DNA from: an uncultured Dehalococcoidales bacterium
GTDB lineage: Bacteria; Chloroflexota; Dehalococcoidia; GIF9; AB-539-J10
NCBI GenBank assembly: GCA_964638975.1
Contig: CAZXAJ010000005.1
Span: 18,213 to 82,212 of the forward strand
Reading direction: 5' to 3'
Length of the DNA: 64,000 nt
The notes under the pieces are model-generated. The model saw only the letters and a program-made list of their open reading frames with translations. It had not been told where the DNA came from and searched no databases. How positions within the stretch are numbered: position 1 is the first letter of the stretch; every line of letters starts with the position of its first letter. Positions 1 to 8,411 of this stretch are shown one piece after another. The position numbers and the translations under genes are program-made.

Positions 1-201
1 CATTGATTGAATCAAGTCCTTATGGTAAGTTGGGGCACCAAGGACCACGGCATCAACATCTGAAAGGTCCTCTGCGTTTGCGTTTATAGCCCTTCTTGAT
101 AGGACTTCGATTCCAGCTTCTTTCATTCCCTCTTCAATCGCCTTGGCCATCATCTCTGTATTGCCACTTCTAGAATCATAAATTATTATCGCTTTGGACA
201 T
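1..201 (-). CDS. Flavodoxin, partial (C-terminus lies beyond the left window edge)
   Basis: Absent from the ORF track because no stop lies in the window. Reverse-strand ATG at 199-201 gives MSKAIIIYDSRSGNTEMMAKAIEEGMKEAGIEVLSRRAINANAEDLSDVDAVVLGAPTYHKD. This contains the flavodoxin FMN phosphate loop (S-x-S-G-N-T-E). It starts 27 nt downstream of the flavodiiron gene. Confidence 0.75.
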   Translation of the reverse strand, partial: MSKAIIIYDSRSGNTEMMAKAIEEGMKEAGIEVLSRRAINANAEDLSDVDAVVLGAPTYHKDLIQSM

Positions 202-228
202 CATGACTCTCTTTCCAATAAAACATTG

Positions 229-1407
229 TCAAACGAAGCCATGCTCTTTATGCTTCTCTGCGATAGTGCTGGCTAGGTTGTCAACGGCTTTGAAATCCTC
301 TTCTCTAGGGAATCCCTTGCTGATTACAGGGTCCAGCACCTCTGCCTTAAGGTTGGGAATCATTCCCTTGAGCTGTTCCACAGCCCTGCTGCCCCAGCCA
401 TAGGAGCCAATAATGGAGATAAACTGGAGTCTGGGTCTTAAGGCGTTGGCGAGAAATGCAGCATAGGCAACATTGGGATGGGGGCCAACGTGAACAGTAG
501 GCGTGCCGATGACCAAAGTTGCTGCATCTACCAATGCCATGGCCAGTTTGCCTAAATCTACTACTGAGAGGTTGAATTGTCTTACTGTGACACCTCTATC
601 AACCAAGGCTCCGACAAAATGTACCACCATCTTCTGGGTGCTGCCGTGCATGGAGATATAGGGCAAGACTACCGTGTTTTTTGGTGGGCCAAATACCCAG
701 CTTCGATATGCTTCCAAGATGAACGAAGGTTTGTCATACATAGGGCCATGGCTGGGGGCGATGGTGCCAATCTTATACCCCTTTAATTTCTCTAGGTGTT
801 TCTCAATACTGGTGTGGAAGGGCATCATGATTTCAGCATAGTATCTCTTAGCTGCTTCATAGACTTGCCCTTCATCACTTACATACAAGTCGGTGGTAGC
901 TAAGTGGGAGCCAAAAAGGTCACAGGGAAAGAGCACCTTATCTTCCCGTAGATATGTAAGCATAGTCTCGGGCCAGTGTACCCAGGGGGCATGGATAAAC
1001 TCTAAGGTCTTATCCCCGAGGGATAGAGTTTCACCATCACTTACGGTGATAAATTTGTCTTCTGGGATAAGCAAGAGAGCCACCAGCATATCCTTGCCTT
1101 TGGGCGTAGTGACCACTTTGGCATCGGGATACTTCGCTAGAACCTGGGGGATAGAGCCTGAGTGGTCTTGCTCGGCATGGTTGGCAATGACGTAGTCAAC
1201 AGCGGGAACATCATCTAGATAAGCCATGAGGACATCCGTCATGGAAGGATCCACGGTATCTATCAAAGCAACTTTCTGACTGCCCTGCACCAGGTAGGCG
1301 TTATAGCTCGTCCCGTCGGGAAGGGGTATCAGAGCGTCAAAGAGACGTCTATCCCAGTCAATAGCGCCCACCCAGTAAATATTTGGTTGTATCTGTCTTG
1401 CTTCCAT
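229..1407 (-). CDS. Flavodiiron protein (A-type flavoprotein, O2/NO reductase)
   Basis: 392-aa ORF. The N-terminal metallo-beta-lactamase-like domain carries the diiron ligand motif H-x-E-x-D-H (VIANHAEQDHSGS). The C-terminal domain is flavodoxin-like (VVLPYISMHGSTQKM). Its start abuts the stop of the upstream gene (1407/1408). Confidence 0.9.
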   Translation of the reverse strand: MEARQIQPNIYWVGAIDWDRRLFDALIPLPDGTSYNAYLVQGSQKVALIDTVDPSMTDVLMAYLDDVPAVDYVIANHAEQDHSGSIPQVLAKYPDAKVVTTPKGKDMLVALLLIPEDKFITVSDGETLSLGDKTLEFIHAPWVHWPETMLTYLREDKVLFPCDLFGSHLATTDLYVSDEGQVYEAAKRYYAEIMMPFHTSIEKHLEKLKGYKIGTIAPSHGPMYDKPSFILEAYRSWVFGPPKNTVVLPYISMHGSTQKMVVHFVGALVDRGVTVRQFNLSVVDLGKLAMALVDAATLVIGTPTVHVGPHPNVAYAAFLANALRPRLQFISIIGSYGWGSRAVEQLKGMIPNLKAEVLDPVISKGFPREEDFKAVDNLASTIAEKHKEHGFV

Positions 1408-2097
1408 TTATTCCTCCATTTTTTTGAACTGGTCCTTGCTTGCTCCACAGACAGGACACACCCAATCATCGGGTATTTCCTCGAAAGGCGTTCCCGGCTT
1501 TATGCCGCCGTCGGGATCGCCTAAGTCGGGGTCATAGATATATCCGCAAACAGTGCACTCGTATTTTGCCATCTTGGGTACTGCCTCCTTTCTCTCTTCG
1601 ATGTAGCTGGGAGCTGTCTTGGGAGTGGTGCCTCTCTTAACCTGGTGGTAGTAAGCATAAGTCATTGGTTCACCTTCTCTGAGGACATCCGCTCCCACAA
1701 GCTCCCCTATAAATATAGTGTGAGTCCTGACATCTACTTGGTTGATTACCTTGGCTTCGAGGTAAGCCAGAGTGTGGTCAAGTACTATGGGAGCCTTAGT
1801 TTCACCAAGCTTATAATTGACATCTTTGAGTTTGTCTACATCCCTGCCCGATTTGAAGCCAAAATGACCGATAAAAGAGAGGGGTGTATCTCGGGATAGT
1901 ATAGAAGCGGCGAAGGCCTTGCTTTCGGTGATAAACTCGTGTGTGAGGTTCTGCTTGTTGATACACACGGAGATAGTGGGCGGCTCGGAGGTGACTTGAA
2001 CCACGGTATTGGCGATTTGCCCATTGAGTCTATCCCCTTTTCTGGAGCTTATAACATATAAACCATAGCTGCAGCTGTGTAGAGCTTTGAGATTCAT
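1408..2097 (-). CDS. Flavin-reductase-domain / rubredoxin fusion (high-molecular-weight rubredoxin, Hrb-like NAD(P)H:FDP oxidoreductase)
   Basis: 229 aa. The N-terminal ~165 aa is flavin-reductase-like ([22 protein letters not shown]). The C-terminal rubredoxin has two CxxC pairs ([13 protein letters not shown]...[13 protein letters not shown]). Confidence 0.85.
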   Translation of the reverse strand: MNLKALHSCSYGLYVISSRKGDRLNGQIANTVVQVTSEPPTISVCINKQNLTHEFITESKAFAASILSRDTPLSFIGHFGFKSGRDVDKLKDVNYKLGETKAPIVLDHTLAYLEAKVINQVDVRTHTIFIGELVGADVLREGEPMTYAYYHQVKRGTTPKTAPSYIEERKEAVPKMAKYECTVCGYIYDPDLGDPDGGIKPGTPFEEIPDDWVCPVCGASKDQFKKMEE

Positions 2098-2120
2098 GAT
2101 TAACCTCCTGTTAGTCTTAT

Positions 2121-3356
2121 TTACATAAGGTCCTTTTCACTGGCTTCAATAGCCCGCTGTAATTCGGCGCCGAGCAAGGGTGGCAATCCCTCTATATCCA
2201 CCCTGAGAAAACCTCTGACTATAGTGGCTGTAGCCTCAGTTCGAGTTAGCCCTCGTGCCATCAGATACTCTACTTCTTCTTCAGCTATCTTGCCTACTGC
2301 GGCCTCATGGGATAGGTCGATGCCGGCTAATGTACCCTTAAGCTCAGGTATGGCATGGATTGTGCCCTGCTCCCCTAGAATCAGCCCACGGCACTCAAGA
2401 TGCCCTTTGACATCAGGGGCGTTGCCTTCTATATAACCTCGGGCAACGATATTACCTCCTGTAGTTATGGCTCGTGATATGATTTCTGTCTTTGCCCCCT
2501 TCGCATTCAGGATGGCCCGAGAACCAATGTCCAGCGATGACCCAGGGGCTGCCATTAGGATACTGTTGAATCTGACAACTGCATTTTCACCCACACACCT
2601 AGCTGTAGGGTACATCTGCAGTGAACGCACCGGCTTCATAAGCACATAATTACTGAGAAATAAGCCACTCTCTTCGATAATTGCCGCGGTGCGAGGACGA
2701 ACAGCTACCTCTGGATTCCAATTATGTATCATGGTAAAGGTAACCTTAGCCCCTCTCTTTATGTAGAATTCAGAGACGCCCAAATGTAGGCCGGCTTCTT
2801 CCTCGGAAGCAGTGGCACAACCGGTAATAATATGTAGCTCCGAGTTCTCTTCGGCAATGATGATATTGTGCACATTCTGGGCAAGCCGCGCTTTTGTCAG
2901 ATAGAGACAAGCCTGAACCGGGTAGATGGTCTTGTAGCCAGGCAGTGCCCTGATGAAGTAGCCATTATGCTGGCTCAGTTCTACATTAGCTGTGTACTTA
3001 TCGGTGTCTACAGCTACTGCCTGCCACCAGTAGTCTGACAGCCAGTCATACTTTTCCATAGCCTGGCTGACTGCCATCACTTCTACACCTTCCTGTCTGA
3101 CCGAGCTATGAACAGGAGCGTTATCCATCTGGATAAAGGTTCCTGCTCTCTGGCTTGGGTCATCCAGGATGACTCCTGCCCCCAGCATCTGCTCTTTGGC
3201 TTTGGCAGGTAGCTTCGATGGGTCAGACTGATATGGTTGGTTCTCGGCTGAGCTAACATAAATGCCCAAGTCTATATCCTCGCCGAGGGCCGCTGCTTTG
3301 TTTGCTGCCGCTTTGGCTTTATCCTTGTGCGTCTTAGATGATTTCGTCTCAACCAC
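2121..3356 (-). CDS. sufB: SufB/SufD-family Fe-S cluster assembly protein
   Basis: 411-aa ORF with SufBD-type C-terminal beta-helix sequence ([18 protein letters not shown]...HLECRGLIL...[21 protein letters not shown]). It overlaps sufC by 8 nt. Confidence 0.85.
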   Translation of the reverse strand: MVETKSSKTHKDKAKAAANKAAALGEDIDLGIYVSSAENQPYQSDPSKLPAKAKEQMLGAGVILDDPSQRAGTFIQMDNAPVHSSVRQEGVEVMAVSQAMEKYDWLSDYWWQAVAVDTDKYTANVELSQHNGYFIRALPGYKTIYPVQACLYLTKARLAQNVHNIIIAEENSELHIITGCATASEEEAGLHLGVSEFYIKRGAKVTFTMIHNWNPEVAVRPRTAAIIEESGLFLSNYVLMKPVRSLQMYPTARCVGENAVVRFNSILMAAPGSSLDIGSRAILNAKGAKTEIISRAITTGGNIVARGYIEGNAPDVKGHLECRGLILGEQGTIHAIPELKGTLAGIDLSHEAAVGKIAEEEVEYLMARGLTRTEATATIVRGFLRVDIEGLPPLLGAELQRAIEASEKDLM

Positions 3357-4113
3357 GTGGTGTCCTCCTCAGGAAGCATTTGATACATTCTTCGTAGCCT
3401 TTCTCTCTAATGGTAGCTAGAATCTCGTGCGGGTCTCCCTCGCATCCGATTACGCCATCACACATGACATAGCCCGTGCGAGCATTAACGTAGTCAAGAA
3501 TATGACCTGTATGAGTAATGATCAGCCCCATGCATCTGCGTTCAAGTATGGGACAATCCTTTTCCAGCAGTCCATTTATAAGTTCACCTATACGGGCTAT
3601 ATTTACCAGGTCAACGCCTGACTCAGGCTCGTCTATCAGGGTCAATTTTGGTCTCTGCGCCAGTAGTTGCATCAGCTCAGAACGCTTTATCTCCCCTCCG
3701 GAAAATCCATAGTTTATCTCCCTATCAAGAAAATCAGCCAGGTCAGCCTTTTCTGCAAGTTGACTCATGCTTTCCTCCTGTTTTCGCCCCTTGAGGCAAG
3801 CAGCAATCATGTCACGCGTTTTTACCCCCCGAACCACCGGTGGCCGCTGGAAGGACATGCCAATCCCCAAACGGGCTCTTTCATCCAGCGGCAGCATGGT
3901 TATGTCCTGGCCTTCAAAAATGATCTTGCCCTTGGTTATCCGATACCTGGGAAAACCCATTACTGCCATGAGCAATGTGGTTTTGCCACTCCCATTGGGA
4001 CCGAAAAGGACATGAGTCTCGCCCGGTTTCATCTCCAAATTTATGTTATGCAAAATCTCCCGGCCCTCTACCTCTACAGCTAGCTGCTCAATGCTTAAGG
4101 CAATGTCACCCAT
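3349..4113 (-). CDS. sufC: SufC Fe-S assembly ATPase
   Basis: 254 aa. Walker A GPNGSGKTT, ABC signature FSGGEIKR, Walker B LTLIDEPESGVD. Confidence 0.9.
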   Translation of the reverse strand: MGDIALSIEQLAVEVEGREILHNINLEMKPGETHVLFGPNGSGKTTLLMAVMGFPRYRITKGKIIFEGQDITMLPLDERARLGIGMSFQRPPVVRGVKTRDMIAACLKGRKQEESMSQLAEKADLADFLDREINYGFSGGEIKRSELMQLLAQRPKLTLIDEPESGVDLVNIARIGELINGLLEKDCPILERRCMGLIITHTGHILDYVNARTGYVMCDGVIGCEGDPHEILATIREKGYEECIKCFLRRTPRG

Positions 4114-4135
4114 ATGAATCCTCCTATTGGTCTAT

Positions 4136-4666
4136 CTAAACTCCATCCAATGACCAATGCTCTTTCTTGGTAAACCAACCCTCAGGATCGCTAAGATATT
4201 CATACGAATCGAGGAGGGCGAGGTGGTGCTCCCGCTCCTCGCCCGCTAGGGCCTCATAGAACCGCTTTTCCACAGGTAGGCTGCTTTGTTCGCTTCGGGA
4301 GTGATAAAAATTGTAAGACTTTATCTCCATATCCATGGCTACCTTGATAGCCTCGAGTTCAGACTCAGCCACTTTAATCTTGCTACCCAGTGCTTTAGTG
4401 GCTTCGGCGAACAGAGACTTGAGCCTTTTCCCTTGCTCGGAAGGTGGCTTCACATCAGGCCAATTCCGCCCTCTCTTGAGGGCTCCATGTATTTCCTCAA
4501 ACTTCTTACGGTGGACGTCTTCTTCGCTAGCGAGATGCTGAAATAGCTCCATGGCGAGCTTATTTTTACTTTTCTGGCTTGCCTTCTGGTAGAAATCCTT
4601 GCCCTCCACCTCCATCTGAATAGCAAGCTGAAGCGCCTCTAAGGTTTTGACTTGTTCACTTTCCAT
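4136..4666 (-). CDS. Rubrerythrin/ferritin-like diiron protein (no rubredoxin domain)
   Basis: Two E-x-x-H diiron motifs (ASEEDVH, GEEREHH) in a four-helix-type repeat. The track ORF starts at 4693, but the ATG at 4666 (MESEQVK) follows a GGGGGA Shine-Dalgarno, and the 4693 ATG overlaps the stop of an upstream gene relic. Confidence 0.7.
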   Translation of the reverse strand: MESEQVKTLEALQLAIQMEVEGKDFYQKASQKSKNKLAMELFQHLASEEDVHRKKFEEIHGALKRGRNWPDVKPPSEQGKRLKSLFAEATKALGSKIKVAESELEAIKVAMDMEIKSYNFYHSRSEQSSLPVEKRFYEALAGEEREHHLALLDSYEYLSDPEGWFTKKEHWSLDGV

Positions 4667-4689
4667 AAATCTATCCCCCAGTCCAATGT

Positions 4690-4790
4690 TCATTGACCTG
4701 GCCAGCCACCATCAACTCGCAAAGCGATACCCGTGACGAATGATGACTGGTCTGAAGCCATGTCTAGCGGCTGCCCGAATCTGCCTTGTA
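4690..4790 (-). pseudogene. Relic of the C-terminus of a short-chain dehydrogenase/reductase
   Basis: Reverse-strand translation gives LQGRFGQPLDMASDQSSFVTGIALRVDGGWPGQ*. This matches the stereotyped SDR C-terminal signature (..GR.G.P.D.A....L.SD.SS(F/Y)(V/I)TG....VDGG..). No N-terminal part exists; the relic is wedged between two intact genes. Confidence 0.45.
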
Positions 4791-4792
4791 AG

Positions 4793-4918
4793 CTAGGAGC
4801 TAACTAGCTCCATATCCTGGCCACAACAGACCAGAGTACCGCCACCAACCTTAGTCACCGTCACCTCATTGCCACAGACATTGCAGCGATATTTTTCGCC
4901 AACTTTCTTTACAACCAT
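4793..4918 (-). CDS. Desulforedoxin (Dx-type Fe(Cys)4 mini-protein)
   Basis: 41-aa ORF, too short for the supplied track: MVVKKVGEKYRCNVCGNEVTVTKVGGGTLVCCGQDMELVSS. It has the CxxC...GGGxLxCCGxxM pattern of the D. gigas desulforedoxin / desulfoferrodoxin N-domain. A GGAAGGAG Shine-Dalgarno lies 8 nt upstream. Confidence 0.8.
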   Translation of the reverse strand: MVVKKVGEKYRCNVCGNEVTVTKVGGGTLVCCGQDMELVSS

Positions 4919-4943
4919 TTCAATGCTCCTTCCTAATTTATGC

Positions 4944-5858
4944 TTATTCGCTGAGTCTCTGCAGGTAGCGGTGAGCTTTAAGAGCAGCTTTTGCTCCCTC
5001 CCCGGCCGCCACCACTATTTGTTTTTCAGGAACATTAGTGACATCCCCAGCGGCAAAGAGTCCAGGTACGCCAGTTTCATTAGCACAACTAACTTCGATT
5101 TCCCCAAAGCTATTTAGATGGACTATTCCCTTGAATGGCTCTGAATTAGGGATAAGCCCGATCTCAATAAAGATGCCACCAACTTCTAATTCCCTTTCCT
5201 GTTTACTTTTCAAATCCCTTACTTTTATCCCCTTAACGAGGCTTTCCCCCTTTATCTCCAGGACTTCGTGCTCCAGGAACATTGTCAAGTTGTGGGCAGC
5301 CTTCACTTTGTCGATTAGGATTTGGTCACCGGTAAGAGGAGTTAGCGATACTAAATAAACATGTTCGGCTATTTTGATCATATCCTCGGCGGCCTCTAGG
5401 GCTGAGTTGCCACCTCCAATGACGGCAACATTTTCACCGGCAAAGAGGGGACCGTCACAGATAGCGCAGTAGGTAACTCCTCTGCCCTTCAACTTTTCTT
5501 CACCTGGAACATTGAGTTGGCGAGGGCGCTTGCCCGTGGCAATTATAGCTGCCTTACCCTGGTGACTTTCACCCTTATCTGTTCTCACCTCGAATCCTCC
5601 CTTTGTTTGAGACAAGCTGCTGACCCTATCGCCAGTTTTCTTATCAAGGGGGAACTGCTTTACCTGCTCCTCAAATTTCTGCATTAACTCGGGGCCTTCG
5701 ATGAATTGGTATCCCATATAGTTTTCGACGCCAGCAGTCCACAGAACTTGCCCTCCTATGTCGTAGCTGATAAGCAACGTACTCAGCTTTTTCCTCGCTG
5801 CATACACTGTTGCCGTCATACCGGCAGGGCCGGCACCAACAATAATCAGTTCGTACAT
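4944..5858 (-). CDS. Thioredoxin-reductase-like FAD/NAD(P)H disulfide oxidoreductase
   Basis: 304 aa. FAD motif GAGPAG, redox-active CAICDG, NAD(P)H motif GGGNSALEAA, C-terminal GDV motif. Confidence 0.85.
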   Translation of the reverse strand: MYELIIVGAGPAGMTATVYAARKKLSTLLISYDIGGQVLWTAGVENYMGYQFIEGPELMQKFEEQVKQFPLDKKTGDRVSSLSQTKGGFEVRTDKGESHQGKAAIIATGKRPRQLNVPGEEKLKGRGVTYCAICDGPLFAGENVAVIGGGNSALEAAEDMIKIAEHVYLVSLTPLTGDQILIDKVKAAHNLTMFLEHEVLEIKGESLVKGIKVRDLKSKQERELEVGGIFIEIGLIPNSEPFKGIVHLNSFGEIEVSCANETGVPGLFAAGDVTNVPEKQIVVAAGEGAKAALKAHRYLQRLSE

Positions 5859-5873
5859 ATTTCCCTTAATGAA

Positions 5874-6110
5874 CTAAAGACCTAATTTCTCCCTTAGCTG
5901 CGCCTCATTGAACCCGACCAGCACTTCGCCATCGAAGCAAATTGTGGGCACTCCTAGTGAATCACACTTATTCTTCATTTCCTCCCGGGCCGCCTTATCT
6001 TCAACTATATTAAATTCTTGATACTTGACGCCATTATCATCCAGGAACTTCTTAGCCATCTTGCAATAAGGGCAGGTGGGGGTGGTATAGACTTTAACCT
6101 CACGTGTCAT
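5874..6110 (-). CDS. Glutaredoxin-like protein (CPYC)
   Basis: MTREVKVYTTPTCPYCKMAKKFL...GVPTICFDGEVLVGF. I chose the start at the ATG at 6110 behind a GGAGGG Shine-Dalgarno. The track ORF extends to 6158 without one. Confidence 0.85.
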   Translation of the reverse strand: MTREVKVYTTPTCPYCKMAKKFLDDNGVKYQEFNIVEDKAAREEMKNKCDSLGVPTICFDGEVLVGFNEAQLREKLGL

Positions 6111-6154
6111 TTTTTCCCTCCTGAGTTTGTGCGGGGGGGCAGGGCGAAATTGAT

Positions 6155-6637
6155 TCATTTGGCCTTGATTTCCTTAGTTTTGACCGTGATCTTCTTGGGT
6201 TTAGCCGCCTCCACCTTGGGCAAGGTAATCTCCAAGATGCCATTTTCGTAACTGGCATCCACCTTGGCAGCATTTACCGCTGCGGGCAAGCCCACAGAAC
6301 GAGAGAATTTGCCGTAGCACAGTTCGCAGCGGTAGTAGTCCTCGTTCTTGACCTCGGTTTCAGCTTTCCGCTCTCCACTTATGGTCAAGGTGTCCCCGAC
6401 AACCGAGACATCGATTTCCTCCTTCTTCATCCCCGGAAGCTCGGCTCGCACTATAAATTTATCTGCTTTTTCATACATCTCCACCCCCGGCACCCAGCCC
6501 ACTGCCTCGGTGGGCACTCTCCACCAGGTCTGCGGACGCCTCCATGTTGCCAATGGTCGCCTCATCATCTCGTCCATCCACCTCTCCATTTCTCTGAATT
6601 CATCCCAGGGACGCCATCTTTCAATCGCCATGTCCAT
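6155..6637 (-). CDS. Hsp20 / alpha-crystallin small heat-shock protein
   Basis: 160 aa with an alpha-crystallin domain (VEMYEKADKFIVRAELPGMKKEEIDVSVVGDTLTISGERK...ASYENGILEITLPK). AGGAGG Shine-Dalgarno. Confidence 0.9.
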   Translation of the reverse strand: MDMAIERWRPWDEFREMERWMDEMMRRPLATWRRPQTWWRVPTEAVGWVPGVEMYEKADKFIVRAELPGMKKEEIDVSVVGDTLTISGERKAETEVKNEDYYRCELCYGKFSRSVGLPAAVNAAKVDASYENGILEITLPKVEAAKPKKITVKTKEIKAK

Positions 6638-6658
6638 TCACCTCCTTCTCAATTTGGC

Positions 6659-6692
6659 TTAATTAGTGTACCCTGCTCCCTGCCCTAATTAA
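6659..6692 (-). promoter_or_regulatory. 8-bp inverted repeat TTAATTAG-N18-CTAATTAA over the presumed hsp20 promoter
   Basis: The arms at 6659-6666 and 6685-6692 are exact reverse complements. They sit 22-55 nt upstream of the hsp20 ATG. The sequence does not match CIRCE or HAIR. Confidence 0.3.
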
Positions 6693-6695
6693 CAT

Positions 6696-6724
6696 AAAAA
6701 GCTGCTAAAGCAATGCTTAGCAGC
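6696..6724 (-). terminator. Rho-independent terminator candidate upstream of hsp20
   Basis: Minus strand reads GCTGCTAA-gcattgct-TTAGCAGC followed by TTTTT (plus-strand A-run 6696-6700). Confidence 0.5.
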
Positions 6725-6976
6725 AAATACATACACAACTATCTGCGACCTAGCTTTGCCTGTACCTTGTATTTCAGCAGATCCGGCCACATCGTCCCAC
6801 ACCCTAAGGTAAGATAAACGAGGGGATTGCTTATTTAATAGCATAAGCAGGTGCAGCTTATTTGTCAAGTAGCCCAAAGTTAGGACAATGTTCAAAATAT
6901 GCATTCTAGGATTCATTGTAACCTTGCTCACTTCCTCGATTAGCTCTTTTCTGGCCCCCCTGACCTTTTTAAGACA

Positions 6977-7141
6977 CTATTTTCTCAACTTCTCTATGCC
7001 ACAGCGAGTATCTTGTGTTGCCCTCACCTTAGCTCTTATCTCAGCCAAGAGTTCCCAAGCCCCTTTTTCGTCCCGGTCGATGAGGATTTGCTCCAACTTG
7101 GTTACTTGCTGTTCATCTAAAGTTATCACGGCTTTCGCCAT
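6977..7141 (-). CDS. Small hypothetical protein (54 aa)
   Basis: MAKAVITLDEQQVTKLEQILIDRDEKGAWELLAEIRAKVRATQDTRCGIEKLRK. It is co-directional with its neighbours and has only a weak Shine-Dalgarno. Not in the track (<60 aa). Confidence 0.3.
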   Translation of the reverse strand: MAKAVITLDEQQVTKLEQILIDRDEKGAWELLAEIRAKVRATQDTRCGIEKLRK

Positions 7142-7257
7142 CGATTACCTACTGCAGCATCTATTTCGTGTTCACTTCAGCCTTTCTGGCACTCTTTACA
7201 TAACGCACGAAACTCAAGCCGACGGTGTGAAATGTTTCCCCTCTCTATTTGTCAATG

Positions 7258-7779
7258 CTATCCTCTCAGAGCCTCAATTATTGCTTTATTGAATTTCGGC
7301 AGGTCAAATGGCTTTCGCGAGGTGATGATATTTCCATCTTGAACTAGGGGGTTATCAACCCAGCGTGCGCCGGCCTTTCTAATGTCTACTGCTAACGAGG
7401 GCCAGGAGGTAAGGCGACGCCCTCTAACGATGTCTGCCGAGATCAAGAGCTGGGGGCCGTGGCAAATGGCTGCCACCACTTTACCCAAGCTGTTTGCCTT
7501 CCTTACCAACTCGATCATGGGTTGGTGGAGGCGCATCTTGTCGGGGGCATAGCCACCAGGCACGATAATGGCATCAAAGTCCTCAGCTTTAACCTTGTCG
7601 GCACTTGTGTCTACTCTAATTGTTGTCGTACCCCTCTTACCCTTATAGCTTTCCTTCGAGCCGCTGCCCACAACCACTACCCTGGCACCGGCGTCCTTCA
7701 TCGCCCTCAGGGATTCGATAAGTTCGGAATCTTCAAAACCCTCTTCAGCCAGAATGGCAATGCGCTTCCCTTCAAGCAT
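7258..7779 (-). CDS. DJ-1/PfpI family protein (intracellular protease / deglycase type)
   Basis: 173 aa with the nucleophile-elbow motif VAAICHGPQLL and DAIIVPGG. Confidence 0.9.
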   Translation of the reverse strand: MLEGKRIAILAEEGFEDSELIESLRAMKDAGARVVVVGSGSKESYKGKRGTTTIRVDTSADKVKAEDFDAIIVPGGYAPDKMRLHQPMIELVRKANSLGKVVAAICHGPQLLISADIVRGRRLTSWPSLAVDIRKAGARWVDNPLVQDGNIITSRKPFDLPKFNKAIIEALRG

Positions 7780-7818
7780 GCTACCAGTCTCTTTACTTGT
7801 TTCAGTCGTGTCCCAAAT

Positions 7819-8148
7819 CTAGCATCCCCCAGCGTGCTCCTCTTCTTCGGCCAGAACCCCCTTGAGTTTTGAATAGGACGAGGCTTCACTAAAAACATGC
7901 GTTTCGCATCCATCTCTAGTCGGCAGTAATTGCACACCTTCGGTCATTTTTCCCACCGAGGCAAGGGCCTGTACGGTTCGCTCTGCCAGCTTCTTTTGCT
8001 CGGGCGCTTCGACCACCATGATAACGTTGGGCGAACCCTCCAGCAGGTCGACCTCCACCACGCCAGGCTTGCCGCGCAGGGTTTGGACTACCAGCTCAAG
8101 TTTCCCCTCAATGATATCCAGTAGTATGTATACCTTAGTGCCCATCAC
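7819..8148 (-). CDS. Stand-alone Lrp/AsnC-type ligand-binding (RAM) domain protein with an acidic Cys/His tail
   Basis: The N-terminal ~75 aa (KVYILLDIIEGKLELVVQTLRGKPGVVEVDLLEGSPNVIMVVEAPEQKKL) follows the RAM-domain pattern. No HTH is present. The tail is ...CETHVF...EEEEHAGGC. Confidence 0.5.
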   Translation of the reverse strand: MMGTKVYILLDIIEGKLELVVQTLRGKPGVVEVDLLEGSPNVIMVVEAPEQKKLAERTVQALASVGKMTEGVQLLPTRDGCETHVFSEASSYSKLKGVLAEEEEHAGGC

Positions 8149-8411
8149 TTATACTTTCCTCCCCTGTTATACTTGCTACCACGTCCTACTGAACTTCTTT
8201 TTTGGCTTCCAACTCTTGCTGATGCGCTATCATGTCGACGCAAGCATCATATGAAATGGCCTTACATAAAAACATTATAGGAAGCTCGGTATGAAGAAGT
8301 CATAAAATAAGGAGGAAAAAGATTAAAAAGTTATGACATTTTAGGGAGTTGTTTTCCACCAAGGCTTGAAGCCCCATTGGCGGTTTCAATGAGGGGATTT
8401 CTCGAAGCCGT

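Noticed and set aside
6689-7292. Track ORFs 6689-6931 (-) and 6888-7292 (+)
   Set aside because: No ribosome-binding site, and the composition is implausible. The region is better explained by a terminator hairpin, promoter DNA and the 54-aa minus-strand ORF at 6977-7141.
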